From contig CAIOAT010000012.1 in NCBI GenBank assembly GCA_903856085.1, positions 39,020 to 103,019 on the forward strand: DNA of 64,000 bases, in the 5' to 3' direction. Positions 1-8,612 of the stretch are shown here, in pieces. The position numbers and the translations under genes are program-made. Position 1 is the first letter of the stretch, and every line of letters starts with the position of its first letter. Below the pieces are notes generated by a model. That model did no database searches and was not told the origin of the DNA. It saw nothing but the letters and a program-made list of their open reading frames with translations. The DNA is from Candidatus Omnitrophota bacterium. GTDB taxonomy: Bacteria > Omnitrophota > Omnitrophia > Omnitrophales > Aquincolibacteriaceae.

Positions 1-1025
1 AAGAGCTTTGGGACCTTCCGGAAGGGACATTCGAGGCTGGACGGATCATGCACACGCTCGGCTATCCTTTTGAGTTCAATCATTTTGGCGGTGGGTTCGT
101 TTACGGTCTGAACGGCCGGCAGGTCGTAGTCGGGATCGCGGCAGGACTGGATTATAGGGATCCCGCGTTTGACTCCCACGCGGCGCTTCAGCTCTATAAA
201 AAGCATCCTTTCATCGCGAAAATCCTCGAAAAAGGAAAACTCCTGCGGTATGGCGCCAAGACGATCCCGGAGGGAGGCCTTTATTCGCTTCCCAAGCTTT
301 ATCATGATGGGGTCATGATTGTTGGGGATTCTGCTGGATTCCTCAGCATGCCGAGTCTCAAGGGCGTCCATCTCGCGATCGAGTCCGGGATGTTGGCTGC
401 GAAGACCGCATTTGAAGCTTTTGGGAAAAATAATTTTTCGGCAAAGCAGCTCAGTCTTTATGAAGAGCTTTTCAAGAAAAGCGCGACGCATCAAACGCTT
501 TCCCGTACCCGTAATTTTCGCGCAGGATTCGGGCACGGCATGATCCTGGGCGCGTTCTATTTTGCGACTCAGATTCTCACCGGGGGACGTGGCATCACGT
601 GGTCGGGGAAGATGAAGACGCATGAGGATGCAGCTTGCTATAAGAAACTCTCGGATGTGAAAACGCCATTCTGCAAAAAGTTTGCGAAAGAGCTCGCTTA
701 CGACAAGAAACTGACGTTTGATAAAGTGACGGATGTCTATTTTTCAGGCTCCAAACACGATGAAGAGCAACCGTGTCATCTGCGGGTGCTGGATCTCAAT
801 CTTTGCCGGGATGTTTGTATTCCAAAATATGGCGGGCCGTGCCAGCATTTTTGTCCTGCCGAGGTTTATGAGATCGTGACGGACCCAAAGACCGGGAAAA
901 AGGACCTCCATCTCCATCCGGCCAATTGCGTGCATTGCAAAACTTGCGACATCAAAGATCCGTTTGGGAACATTGAATGGGCCGTGCCCTACGGGGGCGA
1001 TGGCCCCGAATACGAGAATTTATAG
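1..1025 (+). CDS. electron-transfer flavoprotein:ubiquinone oxidoreductase (ETF-QO), C-terminal portion; 5' end lies outside the window
   Basis: Frame of ORF 48..1025 stays open to the window edge. C-terminus carries the ETF-QO-type 4Fe-4S motif CPAEVYE...CVHCKTCDIKDP and the tail WAVPYGGDGPEYENL. Confidence 0.8.
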   Translation, partial: ELWDLPEGTFEAGRIMHTLGYPFEFNHFGGGFVYGLNGRQVVVGIAAGLDYRDPAFDSHAALQLYKKHPFIAKILEKGKLLRYGAKTIPEGGLYSLPKLYHDGVMIVGDSAGFLSMPSLKGVHLAIESGMLAAKTAFEAFGKNNFSAKQLSLYEELFKKSATHQTLSRTRNFRAGFGHGMILGAFYFATQILTGGRGITWSGKMKTHEDAACYKKLSDVKTPFCKKFAKELAYDKKLTFDKVTDVYFSGSKHDEEQPCHLRVLDLNLCRDVCIPKYGGPCQHFCPAEVYEIVTDPKTGKKDLHLHPANCVHCKTCDIKDPFGNIEWAVPYGGDGPEYENL

Positions 1026-1106
1026 CGTCGTGCCACGGGCTACGACTCAAGCGCCACGCGGCGCGAGGAGCGTGGGCCGACGGTCGTTTTTAAAATAGAG
1101 GAGAAT

Positions 1107-3074
1107 ATGGGTTTAAAGATCATCACCATCATGAAACAAGTTCCGCTCCCGACCGAAATGCGTATGGGCGCGGACGGGCTTATGGACCGCACCAAGGCGA
1201 AGTCCTCGATCAATGCAGATTGTACGTTTGGTCTGGAGCAGGGGCTGCAGATCAAAAAGCATGTTCCGGACGCGGAACTGATCGTGGTTTCGATGGGGCC
1301 GACAAGTTTTGAGCAGTCGCTCAAAAAAGCCTTGGCCATGGGATACGATCGCGCGGTGCTTCTTTCAGACAGGAAGCTTGGGGGCTCCGACACTTTTGCC
1401 ACCGGTTATGCGATTGCCTCGCTTCTCAAAAAACTTGGGTTCACCAAGGACAGCAAAGATCCCTTCATCATTTTTTCAGGACGGCAGACGACAGACGGGG
1501 ATACAGCGCATGTGCCGTCTCAGACGGCCGAGAATCTCGGTATTCCCCAGGCGACTTTTGTGGAAAAGGTGGAGTTCAAGGGAGACCATTTAAAGGTCCG
1601 TCGCATTATTGAAGGTGGATTCCAGGTTCTCAAAGTTCCTATCCCGTGTCTTATTTCCATTGCCCCGACCGCCACTCCGGCGCGTCGGCCGTCTCTCAAA
1701 GGAGCTATTCGTGCGAAGAGCGCCAAGATCGAGATCTGGACGCTGGATCAAACCGGGGCGGATGCCAGCGTGGTAGGCCTCAATGGGTCACCGACGCTTG
1801 TGTCAAAGGTTGTGGATATTCAAAAAGATCGGCCCCCGGTCAATATGATCTCCGGTCATGAGCCCAAGGATCTTGCGGAGGTTCTTGTCTCCGAGATCGA
1901 AAAGGTCAAGAATTCGAGCGGCGGGGGCCCTGGGGCGCATGCGGAAGCGGACGATGGAAAAGATGTGTCTGGGGAAAAGGCCAAAGTGGATGTGGATTTT
2001 CCAAGAGTGGATTTTCGCAAGGGTGCGCGAGGCATTTTGACCTGGATTGAAATGCACGGTCAAACACCGGCACGGTCATCCCTTGAGATTCTGAATCCTG
2101 CCCGGAAACTAGCGGACCAGCTCCAGACCCAGGTGACTGCGGTTGTGACCGGATATAACATCAAGGATGTGGCGGCTGAGATCATCGCCTATGGCGCCGA
2201 CGAGGTCGTAGTGGTGGATGATCCGCGTCTTAAGGAATACAGAATCCTGCCGGTCGCAGCGGTGTTGGCGCAGTGGATTGAACATAAACGTCCGGAGATA
2301 GCGCTTTTTGGAGCAACGACTTCAGGCCGTGAGCTCGCGCCAAGACTTGCGAGTCGTGTGAAGGCTGGCGTGACCGCGGATTGCACAAGTCTGAAGGTCG
2401 GGGAATATGTGCACCGTATTAAAAAAGCGATCATGTATCCCTGTCTTGAGTCCATCCGACCGACTTATGGTGAAAGTAAGCTTGCGACTATTATCGGGTT
2501 CTGGTGCCCGCAGATGGCGACTGCCCGTGCCGGAACTTTTAAAATATTACCAAAAGATCCAAACCGTAAAGGGACCGTTCGTGAATTTACTCCTACGTTC
2601 AGGGACAGTGATTTCGCGGTAGAGGTGCTTGAAGTCAAGCGTGAGGCGGGCGGCGGCGATAATCTTTTTGTAGCGGATATCATTATTTCTGGGGGACGTC
2701 CGGCCGGCGATCACGACGATTTCAAACTCGTCAAGGATCTCGCAAAGGCTTTGCAGGACCAGGGGATCAACGCGGACTGGGGCGCGAGCCGTCACGCGGT
2801 GGATAACGGTTATGCTCCCTACGCGCGTCAGGTCGGACAAACCGGGAAGACCGTTCGTCCCAAGATCTATATCGCTGTCGCAATCTCCGGGGCTATCCAG
2901 CATCTCGCGGGGATGAAAGAATCTGGTAAGATCATCGCCATCAATCAGGATCCACAGGCTGCAATCTTTCGCCATTCGGATTTCGGCATTGTTCGTGATT
3001 ACCAGGAAGTGCTTCCCGAGCTTATTGCGAAGGTGAAGGCTGGCTTTACCTTCGGACTTACGCCGAGCAAATAG
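1107..3074 (+). CDS. fused electron transfer flavoprotein beta-alpha subunits (EtfB-EtfA) in one 655-aa polypeptide
   Basis: RBS AGAGGAGAA precedes the ATG. N-terminal ~265 aa look like EtfB (MKQVPL...DGLMDRTKAKS...). A Gly/charged linker (NSSGGGPGAHAEADDGKD) follows. The C-terminal ~330 aa look like EtfA (TGYNIKDVAAEIIAYGADEVVVVDDPRL ... FAD-binding ISGAIQHLAGM). Confidence 0.85.
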   Translation: MGLKIITIMKQVPLPTEMRMGADGLMDRTKAKSSINADCTFGLEQGLQIKKHVPDAELIVVSMGPTSFEQSLKKALAMGYDRAVLLSDRKLGGSDTFATGYAIASLLKKLGFTKDSKDPFIIFSGRQTTDGDTAHVPSQTAENLGIPQATFVEKVEFKGDHLKVRRIIEGGFQVLKVPIPCLISIAPTATPARRPSLKGAIRAKSAKIEIWTLDQTGADASVVGLNGSPTLVSKVVDIQKDRPPVNMISGHEPKDLAEVLVSEIEKVKNSSGGGPGAHAEADDGKDVSGEKAKVDVDFPRVDFRKGARGILTWIEMHGQTPARSSLEILNPARKLADQLQTQVTAVVTGYNIKDVAAEIIAYGADEVVVVDDPRLKEYRILPVAAVLAQWIEHKRPEIALFGATTSGRELAPRLASRVKAGVTADCTSLKVGEYVHRIKKAIMYPCLESIRPTYGESKLATIIGFWCPQMATARAGTFKILPKDPNRKGTVREFTPTFRDSDFAVEVLEVKREAGGGDNLFVADIIISGGRPAGDHDDFKLVKDLAKALQDQGINADWGASRHAVDNGYAPYARQVGQTGKTVRPKIYIAVAISGAIQHLAGMKESGKIIAINQDPQAAIFRHSDFGIVRDYQEVLPELIAKVKAGFTFGLTPSK

Positions 3075-3114
3075 ATTCGCAGTGCGTCGGTCTTCAGAAG
3101 CTTCAGAGTGTCTA

Positions 3115-3143
3115 TTGACGTGGGGACTACTTACAATTAAAAT
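3115..3143 (+). promoter_or_regulatory. candidate sigma70-type promoter TTGACG-N17-TAAAAT upstream of the 3284 gene
   Basis: Hexamer spacing read directly from the sequence. The leader it would produce contains conserved element family 1. Confidence 0.35.
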
Positions 3144-3203
3144 TCTCAGGGAATGGTCGATAACGTACCCTGGCTTTGGGTTTCTTTTTCTTGATGGTAG
3201 CCA

Positions 3204-3252
3204 GGGTTGCCCCAATTTCATCTCGGATGAAATTGAAAGGTTGGGACTAAGG
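3204..3252 (+). promoter_or_regulatory. conserved 5'-leader element family 1, copy 1 (GGGTTGCCCC-hairpin-GAAATTGAAAGG..GGGACTAAG)
   Basis: Perfect 10-bp hairpin CAATTTCATC/GATGAAATTG with a 3-nt loop. One of four related copies in the window; it sits 30 nt upstream of the start codon at 3284. Confidence 0.6.
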
Positions 3253-3283
3253 GCGTCATAAAAATTAACAAAGGGGAGGGATT

Positions 3284-3661
3284 ATGTTAAAGAAGATTAT
3301 CAGTATGACAGTGGTTTTGGCTATGTTTATGGCCGTGAGTGGTGTTGCGTATGCCGAGGAGAATAACTCGGACAAGAGTCTGACCCGCGGTGCGGCCTCG
3401 TTAGTGCTGCCGGGTTGGGGACAATACCTGAATAACGAAATGGATAACAAGAGCGGAAAGTTTAAGACCGGCGCTATGATCGTTCTCGAGATCGGCGGCA
3501 TTGTGACCACGATCCTTCTCGGGACGCTTGTAGGCTATCCCGTGATCTGGGTGGGTATTGGGATCCTGATGTTCAACCATATCTGGAGCGCTTCGGATGC
3601 TTACCTGAAGGTCCCCGTGGGCCCTGAAGTGGCGATGAAGGGCGATAAGCTCAATCGTTAA
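3284..3661 (+). CDS. small secreted/membrane protein (signal peptide plus two TM helices; PGWGQY motif)
   Basis: RBS GGGGAGGG precedes the ATG. Hydrophobic N-terminus ends in AYA. Shares a PG(W/L)GQ motif with the protein encoded at 4694. Confidence 0.55.
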   Translation: MLKKIISMTVVLAMFMAVSGVAYAEENNSDKSLTRGAASLVLPGWGQYLNNEMDNKSGKFKTGAMIVLEIGGIVTTILLGTLVGYPVIWVGIGILMFNHIWSASDAYLKVPVGPEVAMKGDKLNR

Positions 3662-3665
3662 TTCT

Positions 3666-4697
3666 TTGGAAACCGTTCTTTCGTTTAAAAAAGGCAGGCC
3701 GTGGAGACTCTGCGGCCTGCTTTTTTTATATCTGCTATCTTCAGGATTTTCTCTCTCATCCTCCACTTCGGAAGGCCGGTCGTTCCCGCTTCCCGGGAAT
3801 TTTGAAGAAGTTTGGAAGGCTACCCTTGCGACACTGGAAGCCGAAAAAATCCCGCTTGTCACGACCGATAAAGCCCGGGGCTATATCCGGTCTGCAACCT
3901 TTCCTTTGTATTCCAAAGAATATAAACAATGGGCCAAAGCTCCGAGCTTGTCCTCGAGCGGGTTTTGCGCTCTCGAGATCGGTGTCGTAGAAAAGGATCC
4001 GACTATGACGGTCGTGGGCCTTAAGGCCTATTTCAAAAGGAAGACGGGTTTTTCTTCCAAAGGGTTTCGGAGGAGTGACGGGTCCCGTGGTGTGTTCGAA
4101 GGATTCTTAGGCAAGAATATCCACGAGCGGCTTGTGGAAGCGAAGTTTCCGGCCATCAAAAGTGTGATTTTAGGTTGTGACCTTCACTATGACGACAAGA
4201 CGGCGCATTATTTTATTGCAGAAGCTGATGTCTCAACACTTGCTTATGAACAAGGGCTTCGCAATGGGGATGTGCTCATGAAGATCTCAGGGCAGGCGGT
4301 GACGCCCGGAAATCTTTTCGGATTCTTTCTAAATATCCCAGGAGAATCCCTCAAGAAATTCACGGTCCTTCGCGAGGAGGGAGAGCTGGAGCTACCGGTC
4401 AGTATTTTTTTTCTGAACCCCGATGCGCCGCATATGGGATTCCGTGTGGAACGTGATCCTAAAACCCTGAGATTTGCGATTACGGACGTGCGCGCCGGCT
4501 CTCCGGCAGAGCGGGAAGGATTTTTGCCAGGGGATATTCTTCTCAAGCAGAACAGTGTGTTGCTCGATTGCTGGGAGAACTATTACCGGGTGATCCTGGC
4601 TCAAAAGAATGGAGAGCCTCAGATCTTCCAGATCGAACGGAGAGGGAAGCTCCTTGAAAAGAAAATAACTCCCGCTGGGGCTGCAACTCCTTCGTGA
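3666..4697 (+). CDS. PDZ-domain lipoprotein/periplasmic protein
   Basis: N-terminal hydrophobic segment. C-terminal PDZ-like motifs are present (GSPAEREGFLPGDILLKQN; GLRNGDVLMKISG). Confidence 0.55.
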   Translation: METVLSFKKGRPWRLCGLLFLYLLSSGFSLSSSTSEGRSFPLPGNFEEVWKATLATLEAEKIPLVTTDKARGYIRSATFPLYSKEYKQWAKAPSLSSSGFCALEIGVVEKDPTMTVVGLKAYFKRKTGFSSKGFRRSDGSRGVFEGFLGKNIHERLVEAKFPAIKSVILGCDLHYDDKTAHYFIAEADVSTLAYEQGLRNGDVLMKISGQAVTPGNLFGFFLNIPGESLKKFTVLREEGELELPVSIFFLNPDAPHMGFRVERDPKTLRFAITDVRAGSPAEREGFLPGDILLKQNSVLLDCWENYYRVILAQKNGEPQIFQIERRGKLLEKKITPAGAATPS

Positions 4698-5128
4698 AAG
4701 ATCCCCGTCTCGCTTTGTTTTATTCTGTGATCGCCCCAGGCCTCGGACAGCTTTACCTCGGAGATCGCGCCAAAGGATGGACGCTTTTATGCATGGCGGC
4801 CGGGGTGGTGGTGAGTCTCATCGTCAGCCATACGGTGATGGCATGGTTTTTGATGGGAGGGATCTATTTAGCCGTCATGATTCCCGCAGCTTTGGACGCC
4901 TTTCAAACTGCTGCAGGCCAGCCGCGGACTTTCGCAGGAAATACCATTCCCTATGTGATTCTCATGTTGCTGACGGTCGGTCCGTTCGCGATCCCTCTTT
5001 TGTGGCAGAGCCCGAGATTTTCGAAGACAGCGAAGATCCTTTGGACGATCCTCGTGATCCTGATCGCGTTCTTGGCGATCGCGACCCTGACGTTTATGGC
5101 CTCGTTCTTCGATTCGCTTATGAAATAA
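4694..5128 (+). CDS. integral membrane protein (4 TM; PGLGQLYLG motif)
   Basis: Its start overlaps the upstream stop codon. Hydrophobic throughout. Paralogous in its motif to the 3284 protein. Confidence 0.5.
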   Translation: MKDPRLALFYSVIAPGLGQLYLGDRAKGWTLLCMAAGVVVSLIVSHTVMAWFLMGGIYLAVMIPAALDAFQTAAGQPRTFAGNTIPYVILMLLTVGPFAIPLLWQSPRFSKTAKILWTILVILIAFLAIATLTFMASFFDSLMK

Positions 5129-5219
5129 AAACGAGTCTTCGACAGGCTTTGGCCTCGAAAAGATGTTGGGTTCCTTTAAAGGATGCGTGATAAAATATAG
5201 AAAATTTTAAGGAGATTTT

Positions 5220-5714
5220 GTGAATTCTAAGAAACTAATAACGTTTTTCTTTTTAACTTTTTTTCTTATCGGGTCGGGATGTTATGCCCAGGATTCCGAT
5301 TCCTCCTATGTATCGAGCAGTGCCTCCGTTGCATCGTCTCCGACCCAGATTACGCGCCGATGGTCCGATGGCTGGTACCAGGGTGCTTCAGGTTACGACA
5401 GGGCGGTTGAGGAATACAAACGGACCAATCAACCCATGGTCGTTTATATGAGCGTCGGGTGGTGCCCTTATTGCCGTAGGTTCGAAAAAGAGGTGCTTTC
5501 GTCCCCCTCGGTTCAGGCTATGCTGAAGGGCAAGATCAAGGTCAATATCAATCCGGAATCCGGAAGTCGCGAGAACACTATCGCGTCCCAATACGGGATT
5601 CGGGGATATCCGTCTTTCTTTCTCCACCCGCCTCAGCCTGACGGTGCCGTACAGTTTTATACCGGTGTCACCTCTGAGCAATTCGTTGAGTTTTTCAAGC
5701 AAGTCCTCAAGTGA
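5220..5714 (+). CDS. secreted thioredoxin-fold protein
   Basis: GTG start follows AAGGAGA. Signal peptide is present. Carries a WCPYC active-site motif. Confidence 0.7.
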   Translation: MNSKKLITFFFLTFFLIGSGCYAQDSDSSYVSSSASVASSPTQITRRWSDGWYQGASGYDRAVEEYKRTNQPMVVYMSVGWCPYCRRFEKEVLSSPSVQAMLKGKIKVNINPESGSRENTIASQYGIRGYPSFFLHPPQPDGAVQFYTGVTSEQFVEFFKQVLK

Positions 5715-6484
5715 TCCCGACAGCGCTTTCCATAGCCGGGTCTGATCCTTCGGGCGGGGCCGGCATTCAAGCTGATCTCAAAACTTTCCATCAGCACAAG
5801 GTTTACGGGATGGCGGTAATCACGCTTCTCACAGCCCAGAACACGCGTGGCGTCCAGGCTGTCTATGTAATAAAACCTGCTCAAGTGATGCGTCAACTCG
5901 AAGCCGTGCTTACGGATCTCCCGCCTCAAGCGGCCAAGACGGGTGCTCTGGGCGATGAAAAGGTTCTTCGTGCGGTCGCGAGAGCAGCCAGAAAATTCCG
6001 GTTTCCTCTTGTGGTCGATCCGGTGATGGTGAGTAAACACGGTGCGCCGCTTCTCAAACAAAGTGCCATTCGTATTTTCATCAAAGAGCTTCTACCCCAT
6101 GCTGTTTTGGTTACGCCAAATCTTTGTGAAGCTCAAGTGCTGAGCGGAACCACAGTTTGCGATCTCGAGTCCATGGAAAAAGCTGCGCGGATCATTGCAG
6201 GGCTTGGTTCTCAAGCGGTGCTTGTCAAAGGCGGTCATCTTCGAGGGGAAGCTGTGGACCTTTTTTATCAGAGCGGGCGGATCCGTCTCCTCAAAGCTCC
6301 GCGGATCAGGACACGGCATACGCATGGGACCGGCTGCACTTATTCTGCGGCCATCACCGCCGAACTGGCTAAAGGGCAGGATCTTTTTTCGGCGATCACG
6401 AGCGCCAAAAAGTTCATTACCCGTGCCATTCGCACAAGTCCCGGTCTTGGGCATGGCATGGGCCCCGTGAATCATTTTTCCTGA
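5711..6484 (+). CDS. thiD: hydroxymethylpyrimidine/phosphomethylpyrimidine kinase
   Basis: N-terminus ALSIAGSDPSGGAGIQADLKTF matches ThiD. Carries the ribokinase-family GTGC motif. Confidence 0.85.
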   Translation: MIPTALSIAGSDPSGGAGIQADLKTFHQHKVYGMAVITLLTAQNTRGVQAVYVIKPAQVMRQLEAVLTDLPPQAAKTGALGDEKVLRAVARAARKFRFPLVVDPVMVSKHGAPLLKQSAIRIFIKELLPHAVLVTPNLCEAQVLSGTTVCDLESMEKAARIIAGLGSQAVLVKGGHLRGEAVDLFYQSGRIRLLKAPRIRTRHTHGTGCTYSAAITAELAKGQDLFSAITSAKKFITRAIRTSPGLGHGMGPVNHFS

Positions 6485-6567
6485 CGCGTCTTCCAATAAA
6501 AGATTGTTTTTAAAAGATTCCGCGTTCGGATATAATTCCCTCCTCAAACTGAGCGAAGGAGCAAAAC

Positions 6568-7164
6568 ATGATCTGTTGTCTTGATCTGGAAGGTGTGTTG
6601 ATCCCTGAGATATGGATCAACGTGGCGAAGGAGACCGGCATCAAAGCACTGGAGATCACCACGCGCGATGAGCCCGATTACGATAAGCTCATGCGCTACC
6701 GGCTTGCAATCTTGAAGAACGAGGGGATCAAGCTCCGCGACATCCAGGCTGTGATCAAGCGCATGAATCCGCTCCCGGGCGCGAAGGAGTTCTTAAGAAA
6801 GCTGCAGGAGAAATATCAGGTCATCATTCTTTCCGATACTTATTATGAGTTCGCCGGGCCGATGATGAAGAAGCTCGGATATCCGACCCTTTTTTGCAAC
6901 TGGCTTTCGACGGATAAAAAGGGTTTTATTTCGAATTATCATCTGCGACAGAAGAACGGCAAGAAAGAAGCCGTGCAAGGGCTTAAAAGTCTTGGATTTA
7001 GAGTCGTCGCTGCGGGGGATTCCTATAATGACATCGCCATGCTCCGGGCTGCTGACCGTGGAATTTTGTTCCGTCCCCCTGCGAAGATCGTCCGTCAATT
7101 TCCCCAGCTCAAGGTCACGACCACCTACTCGCAGCTCCTCGCCGCGTTCCTCAAGAACGCCTGA
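6568..7164 (+). CDS. thrH: HAD-family phosphoserine phosphatase (ThrH-like)
   Basis: MICCLDLEGVLIPEIWI...TRDEPDYDKLMRYRL closely resembles the ThrH N-terminus. Carries the HAD motif GDSYND. Confidence 0.7.
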   Translation: MICCLDLEGVLIPEIWINVAKETGIKALEITTRDEPDYDKLMRYRLAILKNEGIKLRDIQAVIKRMNPLPGAKEFLRKLQEKYQVIILSDTYYEFAGPMMKKLGYPTLFCNWLSTDKKGFISNYHLRQKNGKKEAVQGLKSLGFRVVAAGDSYNDIAMLRAADRGILFRPPAKIVRQFPQLKVTTTYSQLLAAFLKNA

Positions 7165-7280
7165 AAAACAAAACCCAATCACTGCAGAAAACCGACAACA
7201 ATAAACAGGCCTGGAGCAGCAGACTGCTTATTGACTATAGGTGATATCCTAGGGAAGGCTATCGGCTATGAGCTAGGGTT

Positions 7281-7670
7281 TTAGAGGTTTGCCCGGATTT
7301 TCGCGGCAGTCGATGCAAGCTCTTCCTGCGGCATGGGTTTTGCGCGTGCGAAATTCAAGTCGCTGACACCATCGATTGGGATGAGGTGGATATGGGCGTG
7401 AGGGACTTCGATCCCGGCAACCATGATGCCGACTTTCTGGCAGGGAACGGTTTGCTTGATAGCTTTGGCGACCTTTTTGGCGAATATCATAAGCCCCTTC
7501 AGCAGTTCATCCTCGATGTCAAAGATGTAATCGATTTCTTGCTTTGGGATTACGAGCGTGTGGCCTGGATTTACGGGACGAATATCGAGGAATGCGAGAT
7601 AGCGGTCATTCTCAAGGATCTTGTGGGCGGGGATCTCGCCCGCGAGGATCTTGGTAAAAATAGTTGGCAT
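7281..7670 (-). CDS. HIT-family (histidine triad) hydrolase
   Basis: Carries the HIT motif HAHIHLIP. Start chosen at MPTIFTKILAGEIP, which has RBS AGGAGAG upstream; the longer TTG-initiated ORF runs to 7706. Confidence 0.8.
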   Translation of the reverse strand: MPTIFTKILAGEIPAHKILENDRYLAFLDIRPVNPGHTLVIPKQEIDYIFDIEDELLKGLMIFAKKVAKAIKQTVPCQKVGIMVAGIEVPHAHIHLIPIDGVSDLNFARAKPMPQEELASTAAKIRANL

Positions 7671-7832
7671 AGGACTCTCCTGTCGGTGTGGAAATAGCTT
7701 CTTCAAAGCGGCATTATTCTACCCCGCTTTTTTGAGAGCGGGATAGTTTTTTTGTAAGAATACGGTACAATATCCTGTGCGATGCTTCTATCCTTGATTT
7801 TAATTTATTCTGGATAAACGGGAACGGCAGTC

Positions 7833-7884
7833 AGGGCAACCCGAATCTCAGCTTTGCTTCGACTGATTGAAATTGAGACTAAAA
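7833..7884 (+). promoter_or_regulatory. conserved 5'-leader element family 1, copy 3 (GGGCAACCC...GATTGAAATTGAGACTAAAAA)
   Basis: Shares the 3' block GAAATTGAGACTAA with copies 1, 2 and 4. Ends 14 nt before the ATG at 7899. Confidence 0.5.
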
Positions 7885-7898
7885 ACAGGGGGTTCAAG

Positions 7899-8243
7899 AT
7901 GGTCGATGAAAATAAAAATACGGTTCTCGGTGTGACGGAAAATATCGAAGCGCTTCTTTGCTACGCGCTGGGGTGGGTGACGGGGCTTGTTTTCCTGTTG
8001 CTTGAGCAAAAAAACGAGTTCGTGCGTTTTCACGCGCTTCAGTCGCTTGTCACATTCCTCGCTCTTTTTATCCTCTCCGCGGTGGTAGGGTTCATTCCGT
8101 TCCTGGGGATTCTGGTGGGGTTGGTGCTCTGGCCTTTGGGAGTGGTTCTTTGGATCGTTTTGATGGTGAAGGCTTATAAAGGGGAGCGCTACAAACTGCC
8201 CGTGATCGGTGATTTCGTCGAACAGCAACTCGCAAAAAAGTAA
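7899..8243 (+). CDS. DUF4870-type small membrane protein
   Basis: Start chosen at MVDENK, which follows CAGGGGG. Hydrophobic core YALGWVTGLVFLLLE. Confidence 0.65.
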   Translation: MVDENKNTVLGVTENIEALLCYALGWVTGLVFLLLEQKNEFVRFHALQSLVTFLALFILSAVVGFIPFLGILVGLVLWPLGVVLWIVLMVKAYKGERYKLPVIGDFVEQQLAKK

Positions 8244-8267
8244 CCTTCTGGGGCCACGACCCACGTC

Positions 8268-8612
8268 ATGTGCCGTGGTGCGTGGCCCTTTTTCTCTCTC
8301 ATGAATGCCTTCCAATGTCAGCGTTGCGGCGCATGTTGCCGCCAACCCGGTTTTGTCTATCTGAAGGAAGGAGATGCCGAGCGTCTTGCCGCGCATCTTG
8401 CGATGGATATTTACCAATTTACTGGGACACATTGTCTTCTCATGGACCGGCAACATCTCGTGCTTAAAAAACTTTCGGACGAGACGTGTTGCTTTTTTGG
8501 GGCCCAAGGTTGCTCGGTCTATGAAGCGAGACCCGCTCAATGTCGAGAGTTTCCCTTGAAATGGAAAACGGAGAGAAGTTTGAATTATTGCGAGGGTTTG
8601 AAGAAAGTTTAG
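8268..8612 (+). CDS. YkgJ-family cysteine-cluster (putative Zn/Fe-chelating) protein
   Basis: Carries CQRCGACC...CCFF..C motifs. Start uncertain (8268 or 8301). Confidence 0.65.
   Translation: MCRGAWPFFSLMNAFQCQRCGACCRQPGFVYLKEGDAERLAAHLAMDIYQFTGTHCLLMDRQHLVLKKLSDETCCFFGAQGCSVYEARPAQCREFPLKWKTERSLNYCEGLKKV

Noticed and set aside
2547-3221. 224-aa minus-strand ORF at the end of the EtfBA gene
   Set aside because: It is antisense to the EtfA half and runs into the downstream leader region. No support.
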